Assembly (NCBI GenBank): GCA_965140785.1
Contig: OZ223510.1
Coordinates: forward strand, 96,001 to 160,000
DNA length: 64,000 nt
Source: an uncultured Ruficoccus sp.
GTDB lineage: Bacteria > Verrucomicrobiota > Verrucomicrobiia > Opitutales > Cerasicoccaceae
Direction: 5' to 3'
Shown: positions 41,859 through 49,892 of the stretch, one piece after another
Position numbering within the stretch: position 1 is the first letter of the stretch
Layout: every line of letters starts with the position of its first letter
Notes under the pieces: generated by a model
Seen by the model: only the letters and a program-made list of their open reading frames with translations
What the model was told of the DNA's origin: nothing
Databases searched by the model: none
Position numbers and translations under genes: made by a program

Positions 41859-42815
41859 ATGATCGATTACGGAACGATCTTTTCGGCGGTGCTGCCGGTT
41901 TTTCTATTGATCGGGATCGGCTGGTTCATGCGGGCGCGTGGGTGGTTCTCCGCCCAGGCGGAAAAGGATGTCATGCGCTTGTTCGTGTGCGTGCTCTATC
42001 CCTGTCTCATCCTGCGTTTCGTACTTGGAAACGAAGTTCTCAGGGACGGGGGACTTGTGACCGAGGCGCTCGGCACTGGCTACCTGAGTGTTGTCGCGGG
42101 TGTGCTGGTAGCGGCTTCTCTGGCCCCTTGCTTTGGGATACGGAACGCCCGCGAGCGGGGAAGTTTCGCTGTTGCCGTCGCCGTGTACAATTACGGCAAT
42201 ATTGCCATTCCTGTGGCCGCATTGTTTTTTCCAGATTCGACCGTCGGCGTCATGCTCGTGGTCAATGTCGGTATCGACTTGGCTATATGGACGCTTGGGC
42301 TAGCAGTGATGGCGGGACGGTTCAGCCGCCGGAACTCGAGGTATGCCCTTTCGCCGCCGGCTTTGGCGGTGTTTGTCGGGCTTCTGCTCAACGACGTGGG
42401 TGGCCAAGCGTTCATCCCCTCGCCTGTGCTCGGGGTGGTCGAGATGTTGGCGGCTTGCGCCATTCCGATCAGTATTTTTGTCATCGGTTCGGCTTTTTGC
42501 GAGCTGGCTCGAGAGAGCGGGATTCGATTGCGTCTCAACATTGCCCTTGGGGCCATATTTATGCGGCACTTGCTGCTACCCGTATTGATGCTAGGAACCG
42601 CATGCTTGATTCCGTTTTCTCCCGCCATCCGATGTGTGATCTTGGTGCACGCCGCCATGCCCTGCGGGATATTTCCCGTTGTATTGGCCAAACACTACGG
42701 TGGTTCGGGGAAACTTGTTTTTCAGGCGGTCATGACCAGCGGTGGACTAAGTATGCTGACCATTCCGCTGTGGATACAAATCGGATTCCGGGTGCTTGGT
42801 GTGCCTGTGCGATGA
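41859..42815 (+). CDS. AEC-family (malate/auxin permease-like) transporter
   Basis: VLPVFLLIGIG, NYGNIAIP, AAMP; about 10 TM segments. Confidence 0.88.
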   Translation: MIDYGTIFSAVLPVFLLIGIGWFMRARGWFSAQAEKDVMRLFVCVLYPCLILRFVLGNEVLRDGGLVTEALGTGYLSVVAGVLVAASLAPCFGIRNARERGSFAVAVAVYNYGNIAIPVAALFFPDSTVGVMLVVNVGIDLAIWTLGLAVMAGRFSRRNSRYALSPPALAVFVGLLLNDVGGQAFIPSPVLGVVEMLAACAIPISIFVIGSAFCELARESGIRLRLNIALGAIFMRHLLLPVLMLGTACLIPFSPAIRCVILVHAAMPCGIFPVVLAKHYGGSGKLVFQAVMTSGGLSMLTIPLWIQIGFRVLGVPVR

Positions 42816-43025
42816 GCGTCCGTTGTGTCTACTTCGACTTATTCGTTTTCGATATGAAGCCGAATTGGGCTTGTTCACGCAACATAACGTAAACTCCGTC
42901 TCTATATTTATGATTCAGTTTCTAATAATTATCGGTAAGGGCTTTGTGTCCTGTTGTCTGTGGAGGATCGCTTCCCTCGGCAACAGACCGGGACCCCTCG
43001 TTCGAAATATTGGAAAGCGGGCTTA

Positions 43026-43159
43026 TGCACACAATTGACTGGTTATTGATCGTGGTGCCGCTCTTGGCGGTGTTTGGGATCGGAGTATTCACGCATCGGT
43101 ACATGCGCAGCGTGGCGGTGGGGTGGCAAGCGAGACCGTTTACGGAGGAATTCACGCGT
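43026..43159 (+). pseudogene. Truncated sodium:solute symporter N-terminus
   Basis: MHTIDWLLIVVPLLAVFGIGVFTHRYMRSVA, typical SSS start, cut just before an IS end. Confidence 0.65.
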
Positions 43160-43470
43160 TGACCGTGTCCACGTAAACTGGGCCGCTTGCAAAGTTAGTC
43201 TGAGTGCTTAGAAAGGACTCAGAGTATGAAAGGTAAGCGATACAGTACCGAACAGAAGATCCGTATTTTACGAGCCGCTGATGCTGGCGGAGCGATCGTT
43301 GATGTTTGCCGCGAGGCAGGAATCAGCGAGCAGGCTTTTCACCGCTGGAAGCGGGTACCGACCCTGTGCCGCTAGGTACGGCGACACTCAAGCGAAGCGA
43401 AGACAGCCTCAACCGCGAGTTGTTTTACACACTCACCGAGGCCCGCGTGGTCATCGAGGACTGGCGGCGG
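43160..43470 (+). mobile_element. Internally deleted IS3 remnant
   Basis: TGACCGTGTCCACGTAAACTG left end, orfA start, then jump to LNRELFYTLTEARVVIEDW. Confidence 0.88.
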
Positions 43471-43477
43471 TCAGTCG

Positions 43478-43556
43478 AAGGGATCATGTCAAAGATTTAA
43501 ATGCTGATTGCTCCCTGGACTTGTGTAGTTTTCCTAAACTATTGACATGACCCCTT
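43478..43556. repeat. 79-bp palindromic element, copy 1
   Basis: AAGGGATCATGTCAAAGATTTA...TAAACTATTGACATGACCCCTT; slightly diverged from copies 2 and 3. Confidence 0.92.
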
Positions 43557-43597
43557 GGTCTGACCCTTTAGGTACATTCGATTTACTTTAATCTAGA

Positions 43598-44689
43598 ATG
43601 AAAAAAAAATATTTAGGATTACTTTTGATTGTAGCGGCACTAGGCGTTTCTATGCCTTTTTTAAGGCATAAAGAGATTGAATCGAAAGTTGATTCTCGGC
43701 CATCTCCGGATGTTCAAAGAAATGAAAATTTTGTATCTAAAATCGATCCAAAAGATAGCAAATCGATAGAGTCAGTAGCGGCAAGTTCCGATGGCGAATT
43801 AATTGATGTTGAAAAACCAATGAACATGAGTGCCTCGGATTGGAGCTTTATGGTGAACAACCACAAGAGGTTTGCTGCTGATAATATGCCTATTAATTTT
43901 TATGGTGTTATTGTTGATCAGCAAGATATCCCAGTTGAAGGAGCAAAAGTACAAATTAAGATATCTGCCTATGATCCATCATTTTCAGCTCAATTAACCT
44001 CAGAGGGAATGAAAACTTTAGAGACAGTCATCGAGGTCGAAAGTGACAAGAATGGCATGTTTTCAATCCGAAATGAATATGGGCGTACGCTGAGGGTCTT
44101 ATCTATATCAAAATCGGGCTATGAGGCTTTGAAGTCTTTTAGATCAGGGTACTCTTATGGAAAAAGTATCGGGGACAAACATCAAGCGAATGAAAGTGAT
44201 CCTGTTCGCTTCAAGCTATGGAAAGCCTCTGAGCCTGCTGAATTAATCAAGATTGATATGGAGATAGACATTTCTGAGAGTTCCGGGCCTGTTTATCTGG
44301 ACTTGAAATCTGGAGATACATTCAGTGTTCAAAACGGGTCATCCGATCTTGAGTTGAGGATGAACTTTATCGAAAAACAGCAGTCGAATCGTTATGGTTG
44401 GGGAATCGTTATCAAGGTGTTGGATGGTGGGATTGCGCTTAGTGATGGCTTTCTTTTTGAGGCGCCAGAAGATGGTTATCTTTCAAGTATTGATTTTTTG
44501 TTTGAGCCAGAAAGCAAACAATGGACTCAACGAATCAATAAAAGGATGTTTGTAAGGAGTAGAGAAGGGAAGCTCTACGCTGGTTTAGTTTTTACTTTTT
44601 ATGCTTACCATACGGGTAACGGGAAGGCTATGTTAAAAGGTTTTTTTAATCCTAATGGTTCGAGAAATTTACAACCGCAAAAACAATAG
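43598..44689 (+). CDS. AT-rich secreted protein with carboxypeptidase-regulatory-like (beta-sandwich) domain
   Basis: N-terminal TM; INFYGVIVDQQDIPVEGAKV, SDKNGMFSI, SKSGY; ends NPNGSRNL. Confidence 0.75.
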   Translation: MKKKYLGLLLIVAALGVSMPFLRHKEIESKVDSRPSPDVQRNENFVSKIDPKDSKSIESVAASSDGELIDVEKPMNMSASDWSFMVNNHKRFAADNMPINFYGVIVDQQDIPVEGAKVQIKISAYDPSFSAQLTSEGMKTLETVIEVESDKNGMFSIRNEYGRTLRVLSISKSGYEALKSFRSGYSYGKSIGDKHQANESDPVRFKLWKASEPAELIKIDMEIDISESSGPVYLDLKSGDTFSVQNGSSDLELRMNFIEKQQSNRYGWGIVIKVLDGGIALSDGFLFEAPEDGYLSSIDFLFEPESKQWTQRINKRMFVRSREGKLYAGLVFTFYAYHTGNGKAMLKGFFNPNGSRNLQPQKQ

Positions 44690-44778
44690 GCCACTTCGAT
44701 CAAGGTAGTGATTTAGATCGAGCCTTCCAGATGTGCTATTTCATATGCCCGCGAAGCGGCGTGAGAGGTCATTGAAGG

Positions 44779-44817
44779 GCCTGACCCGTTAACTTTTTAG
44801 AATAGTTGTTCATTGAC
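44779..44817 (+). repeat. Cassette-end repeat B, copy 1
   Basis: GCCTGACCCGTTAACTTTTTAGAATAGTTGTTCATTGAC. Confidence 0.85.
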
Positions 44818-44865
44818 AGGGACTTACAGGCGGGAAGCATTTTCGTGGTGCTGGCTGAGTCCCAC

Positions 44866-46179
44866 TGACCGTGTCCACTTAAACTGAGCCGCTTGCAAAG
44901 TTAGTCTGAGTGCTTAGAAAGGACTCAGACGATGAAAGGCAAGCGATACAGTACAGAGCAAAAAATCCGCATTTTACGCGCCGCTGATGCTGGCAGAGCG
45001 ATCGTGGATGTCTGCCGCGAGGCAGGGATCAGCGAGCAGACGTTCCACCGCTGGAAGCGGGAGCTTGGGATGCTGGAAGTCGATCAGGCCAAGCAACTGA
45101 AGGAACTGCAAAAGGAGAACGCTCGGCTGAAGCGTATGCTGGCGGACGAGATACTTGGTAAGGAGCTGCTGAAGGAGGCGCTCGAAAAAAAATGGTAAGC
45201 CCTGCACACAAGCGCGAGATGGCGCAAACTCTGGTGTCGCAGGGCAGATGTTCAGCGCGGGCGGCCTGCCGTCACTTTGGGTTGCATCGCAGTACCTTCG
45301 GCTATCAGGCGAAGGAGACTACGCCCTGGTTGGCAAAGTTACGTGGGGCTTTGCGTCGCAAGAGCGAAGCGCATCCCGAGCTGGGTTACCCGAAAATCAC
45401 TCATCTACTCAAGCGCGATGGTTGGGACGTAGGTAAGCGGCTGGTGCAGCGCCTGCGCCAGGAGATGGGGCTGAAGTGTCCGACTAAGAAGCCTCGTCAG
45501 CGTCGGCGCGGCCCCTCGACGGGCTTACCGACAAAGGCTACTCATCGCAACCACGTGTGGACCTGCGACTTCGTGGCCGACCGTACGGCTAAGGGCGGAT
45601 CAATCCGCATGCTCACGGTACTCGATGAGTACACCCGTGAGTGCCTGTGCATCCACGTCGATCGCCACCTCAACGCCGCCAAGGTGCGAGCCGTCATGAG
45701 CGAGTTGATCAGTGCCTACGGCAGCCCCGAGCACATCCGTAGCGACAACGGCAGCGAGTTTATCGAGAAGAGCCTGCGTAAATGGTACGCGGACGAGGAG
45801 ATCAAGACGCTCTACATTGAGCCGGGCAGTCCCTGGCAGAACGGCTACATAGAATCCTTCAACGGCAGACTCCGCGATGAGTGCCTCACCGCGAGTGGTT
45901 TTATACGCTCACCGAGGCACGCGTCGTCATCGAGGACTGGCGATGGAAGTACAACAACATCCGACCCCACCGTTCACTCGGACTGCTCACACCACTGGAG
46001 TTTGCAGCCAAAGAAACCGCACCAACCCCCTTCGACATCAACTTCCAAGGCATGGGCTACACTCGGGCTACGCCCTCCTTCCGCCCAAGCCTTGACACCC
46101 TCTACAACCTAACCCTAAATCACATCATTAACCCGCTCAGACTAACTCTCAATGCGGTACAGTTTGCGTAGGCAGGTCA
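44866..46179 (+). mobile_element. IS3-family element, near-identical to 22893 copy, orfB frameshifted
   Basis: Same IRs; orfA 44932-45198; 1-bp deletion (GCCTCACCGC vs GCCTCAACCGC) near 45888. Confidence 0.95.
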
Positions 46180-46182
46180 TCC

Positions 46183-46389
46183 TCTTGGGCGAGTGCTTTT
46201 TCAGGTTTTGCATCTAAATACCATGAGAATCCTAAATTAACTGAAGGAGAGATTATTGCACTATATGGTGGAATGGGCTCATTTAATGATATTATTCTCT
46301 ATCGCGGGGGAAAGGTCGCTGTGACGGAAACTAATAATTTGGACGATATGCGTTCACGCTTATTTGCTCTTTGCCGACGAAATCAATGA
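46183..46389 (+). pseudogene. 3' fragment of DUF6966-like putative immunity protein
   Basis: Manual translation SWASAFSGF...LYGGMGSFNDIILY...LDDMRSRLFALCRRNQ*; 5' end replaced by IS. Confidence 0.6.
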
Positions 46390-46429
46390 GCCTGACCCGT
46401 TAATTTTTTAGGAATAGTTGTTCATTGAC
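46390..46429 (+). repeat. Cassette-end repeat B, copy 2
   Basis: GCCTGACCCGTTAATTTTTTAGGAATAGTTGTTCATTGAC directly after the stop codon. Confidence 0.85.
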
Positions 46430-46496
46430 GGTCATTTAGGGATGCGCAGGTTTTTTGTGGTGCAACCCCAGTTTCAGCTTCTCTTGGTCAAAGCAC

Positions 46497-46575
46497 AAGG
46501 AGTCATGTCAATAATTTAAATGCTGATTGCTCCCTTGACTTGTGTAGTTGTTCTAAATTATTGACATGACCCCTT
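46497..46575. repeat. 79-bp palindromic element, copy 2
   Basis: AAGGAGTCATGTCAATAATTTA...TAAATTATTGACATGACCCCTT. Confidence 0.95.
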
Positions 46576-46701
46576 CAGATTCTGCGTGACGTGCGGAATA
46601 TCTATCAACAGGATGGTCTGTATACTCCGTATATTAGGCAGCAGCTTCAAGAGATGACCCGCTTGAGCAAGGAACTGTATCCTACCATTTTTGCAAAATG
46701 A
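46576..46701 (+). pseudogene. Extreme C-terminal fragment of a probable polymorphic toxin
   Basis: QILRDVRNIYQQDGLYTPYIRQQLQEMTRLSKELYPTIFAK*; stop overlaps immunity start (ATGA). Confidence 0.55.
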
Positions 46702-47141
46702 GCAGTATTGAAGAGTTAGGACTTATTTTATCTCAAAGAAAACATGGGTATATACAAGCAGTTGAACAATGCTTGGGACAGTTGTGTACTTCTGTTGACG
46801 AAAATATTTTACTTGGCCTTTTCTCCTTGTTTGACGACAGCGCAGAAGATGAGGTTATGTTCTTAATTATTCATACGGTCGAGAGCGTTGATGACGATCT
46901 CTATTGTAAATGCCTGTTTGAATCCGTCGAGTCGCTGTGGAGCCATTCTCCTCGATGGACTCAAATATTGCATATTAGAGTAATGAACTCTTTAACCACA
47001 TTAAGTGTCTACTTGAAATTATATAAGCATGCACCTCAATCACAGTGTCGTGTTGTTGATGAGATCTATAGCTCGATTGAATCTGGATGGCCAAATATTG
47101 CCGCTAAAGCACGGGCGGTCCGTGATGCCATGACGAAATAA
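46698..47141 (+). CDS. Imm30-like immunity protein
   Basis: LFDDSAEDEVMFLIIHTVE..W..ILHIRVMNS pattern. Confidence 0.7.
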   Translation: MSSIEELGLILSQRKHGYIQAVEQCLGQLCTSVDENILLGLFSLFDDSAEDEVMFLIIHTVESVDDDLYCKCLFESVESLWSHSPRWTQILHIRVMNSLTTLSVYLKLYKHAPQSQCRVVDEIYSSIESGWPNIAAKARAVRDAMTK

Positions 47142-47152
47142 ACACCGACGGG

Positions 47153-47173
47153 TGACCCGTTAATTTTTAGGAA
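47153..47173 (+). repeat. Cassette-end repeat B, copy 3 (truncated)
   Basis: TGACCCGTTAATTTTTAGGAA 11 bp after Imm30-like stop. Confidence 0.75.
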
Positions 47174-47598
47174 CACCAACGGCAGAACCTAGCACGTGGA
47201 GTATGCGATTTCTGAAAATCAACCTACGCGCCAACCACGGCATGTCGGATGCCAGTCTGGGAATAAACGCAGTAAAGAGCTTCTCGACTACCAACCCTCC
47301 ATGTTATGTATTCAGGAGCAAATCTCGCCTACATCTAACTGAACAACGAAACACCTTGCCCGCCTCGTGATGCTGTCCCGGTTAACCCCGAAGGCCCATT
47401 GATATCTTTCAATCTGAACCTCAGTTCCTATTCGGTAATCGTGCGACCCTTTACGCTATGTCCTTTTATTCGATGGGTAGCTTTCGAAGGAAGCAATCAT
47501 CTAGGAAGGACAAGCTGGCTGAAAATGCTCTGGTTAACAGTTTCTGAGCCTTTTTGCTCCCCGGAGAAAAACAGAGAATTTTCCGAGGGAGGGAGCAC

Positions 47599-47677
47599 AA
47601 GGGGTCATGTCAATAATTTAAATGCTGATTGCTCCCTTGACTTGTGTAGTTGTTCTAAATTATTGACATGACCCCTT
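47599..47677. repeat. 79-bp palindromic element, copy 3 (perfect 22-bp terminal IRs)
   Basis: AAGGGGTCATGTCAATAATTTA-N35-TAAATTATTGACATGACCCCTT. Confidence 0.95.
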
Positions 47678-48195
47678 CAGGTTACACCAACTGGATTCCG
47701 GGAGGGAACTTTGCGTTGGGGGTAAGCATGTACTTCGGTAAGCCTTGGGCGCGTCAATATGCAGGTGAATATTCGTGGAAGGGTACTATCGACTTGGGAG
47801 TAGATGCCGCCACCGCAGGGATATTCGGCATGGCTGGGAAAGGATTGAGATCCCTCCGTTTTGCCGATGAGTTCGCAGAGGGAGTGTTTGGCAGTGAACG
47901 AGGACTGGGACGTGTTACAGGTTCTTTTGATGCAATCAATCCGGGGCCACTTTCAGATGATCTTGCTGGCACATTTGCTGGGGGAAGGTATAGTGAAATT
48001 ATATTGGAATCAGATACAATCCTATACCGTGCTGGGCAAACCAATAAGCCGTTGGGTGAGTTTTTTGATACAGTTCCAGCTGAGGGTGTATTGCAATCGA
48101 GAATTGACAAAGCTATATTGCCAATTTGGCCTGGCGGTGGCTGCGACTTTGGTCGGAGACTTCATCTATATCATCGGCGCACTCGGGTATCCTGA
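47668..48195 (+). pseudogene. Rhs/CDI-type C-terminal toxin fragment (3' truncated)
   Basis: Gly/Ala-rich pre-toxin linker then NPGPL..TFAGGRY..LYRAG..PLGEFF..RIDKAILPIWP; ATG lies inside the palindromic element. Confidence 0.65.
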
Positions 48196-48442
48196 TTCGC
48201 GGAAACACGATTTTACCCCAGTTTATCGACTTTCCCTCGAAGACTACAGTATTGAATGTGTCGAGACGTCAGGTTCGGCGCCGGGGTGGATTTATCGGCA
48301 CCGAGCAATACTCCAAGCAGACAATGTAATCCGTATTAGCGGAGGGTTGAAGGAGATCAAAGGTAAAGGCGAGGTGTTGCATATTGAGAATCAGCAGACA
48401 TACGAGTTGGACCTCATAAAACGCTTGTGGACAGCGGTTTGA
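48140..48442 (+). pseudogene. 3' fragment of kelch-like/ankyrin-associated protein
   Basis: ATLVGDFIYIIGALGY..TPVYRL..PGWIYRHRA..ISGG in a different frame fused to the toxin fragment. Confidence 0.5.
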
Positions 48443-48457
48443 TCGGCACCCACGGCC

Positions 48458-49462
48458 CTATGCTTGCGGATTGGGGGCGGGAGTGGCAGGAGTGGAGTGG
48501 ACATCCGTGATGGAGATGATATTTCGGCGGGTGTCGTCGGCGTAGTGGGCGTAGTCCTTGTCCATTTTCGGGGGGACTTTGGACTCGATGACAAAGGAGC
48601 CGGTGGCCTTCTCCTTAAACGTCTCCAGAATCTTCAATAGGCCCGGATCGACGGGGACGGCCCCGATGGAGGTTTCGGTTTTGACGGAAAAGAACGTATG
48701 CGGGGCGATGACGATTTCTCCCCTGACTGCATCGACAGATTCCCAGAGCAGTTCGCCGACATCGATTTGGCTACGGTAACGCATGGATGACGACTTTAGC
48801 ATCTCGACATCGGCAAAGGGCAGGGGGGTGGGGAGCTCCATTTCCTTGAGGAGTCCGGTAATCTTGGGGCTGAACAGCGAGCGTGCGTTGCGGACAATCG
48901 AATTCGCGGTGTGCTCTGCTTTACGAATCTTGACCGGGTCATGCTGGGCCTTGGCGATTTCCGATTTCTGCCACTAGCGGATGCGGTCGGCGGTCAGGTA
49001 GCCGAGCGGGGTCTTATCGACCGCTTCACGCCATTTGAGGTGGTGTTTGTGGAAGTGGTCGTACCGCTCCTTGGTTTGAGGGATACCCTTGATGTCTGCC
49101 ACGAGGGTGCGCAGCTTCCGGCAATAGGTGGTAAAGGTTTTGGGGTTGAGGTTGGCACGCTCCTCGACGGCTTTTAGGTATTCCCCGAGGGTGACTGCTT
49201 TGACTTTGACCGCCATCTCCCCCTTAAACTCGCGGATAGTTTTATCCCAGCCGTTCGCCTTCAGGCTGATGTAAATGGCCGCTGCCCGCTTCGCTGCCTT
49301 CACCTGGTTATTGCTCCCGAGCTGGAACCACTCCCTGCGGCCCCGGTGCTGGATGTACACCTGAAACTCTTCGACCGTGGTTGCAGAGCCATCGGTTGCC
49401 TTGTAGCTGCGCTTCTTGATGCGCGACATCCAGTAGTCTTGGTGGGTTTTGGAGATGGCCAT
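48458..49462 (-). pseudogene. Tyrosine integrase pseudogene
   Basis: Arm-binding-like N-terminus (IQHRGRREWF..AAKRAAAIY), in-frame TAG at 48974-48976, VKTETS lysine present but catalytic R and HxxR regions apparently deleted. Confidence 0.75.
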
Positions 49463-49509
49463 CGTTTTTGAGCTTGGGGTGGGTGAAACGTGGGGACTCG
49501 TTTCAGCGC

Positions 49510-49599
49510 AAAATCACTGTGCCATATTTCAAGCCCTTTAAACGGGCCTTTTGTGGCCAATCGAGGCCTGTCTGAACCGAGCCGGACCTTTCGATGCCC
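49510..49599 (+). repeat. Direct repeat, right copy
   Basis: Matches 17968-17984 and 18008-18068. Confidence 0.92.
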
Positions 49600-49892
49600 C
49601 TGCCGCGGAGTGCTGGGCCCGTGGCACATCGATCCGGTCACCACTGAAAATGAGAACGCTCAAGCTGAGTCGTCGAACGCAGCAGGTGCTCGTTACATTT
49701 TTCTGGTCAATGAGGATAATAATCTCTTAGTGGAAAATACACCCGGCTGCCCGGCCCGGCAGCGAATGTTCACCGTTTTCCGTTCCAGCCAATCTAAATT
49801 CAAGGCGAAAAATTCGCCGGTCTTGTTCTGACGCTCTGTCGGCCAGCCAAGGCTTAGCGAGGCAGAAAGACTCATACGGATCATTGATAAAA

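Larger units (their letters stand above)
17906..49645. mobile_element. tRNA-Phe-associated genomic island / degenerate integrative mobilizable element
   Basis: Begins at tRNA 3' end; carries mob module, recombinases and IS3 elements; integrase remnant at far end; direct repeat near both ends. Confidence 0.7.

Noticed and set aside
47399..47671. ORFs reading through the palindromic element (also 43281-43550)
   Set aside because: Their shared NADCSLDLCS peptide merely reflects the repeat; no coding evidence.
43478..47677. 79-bp repeats as a CRISPR array or integron attC sites
   Set aside because: Spacing is 1-3 kb and irregular, there are no cas or intI genes, and attC end motifs are absent.
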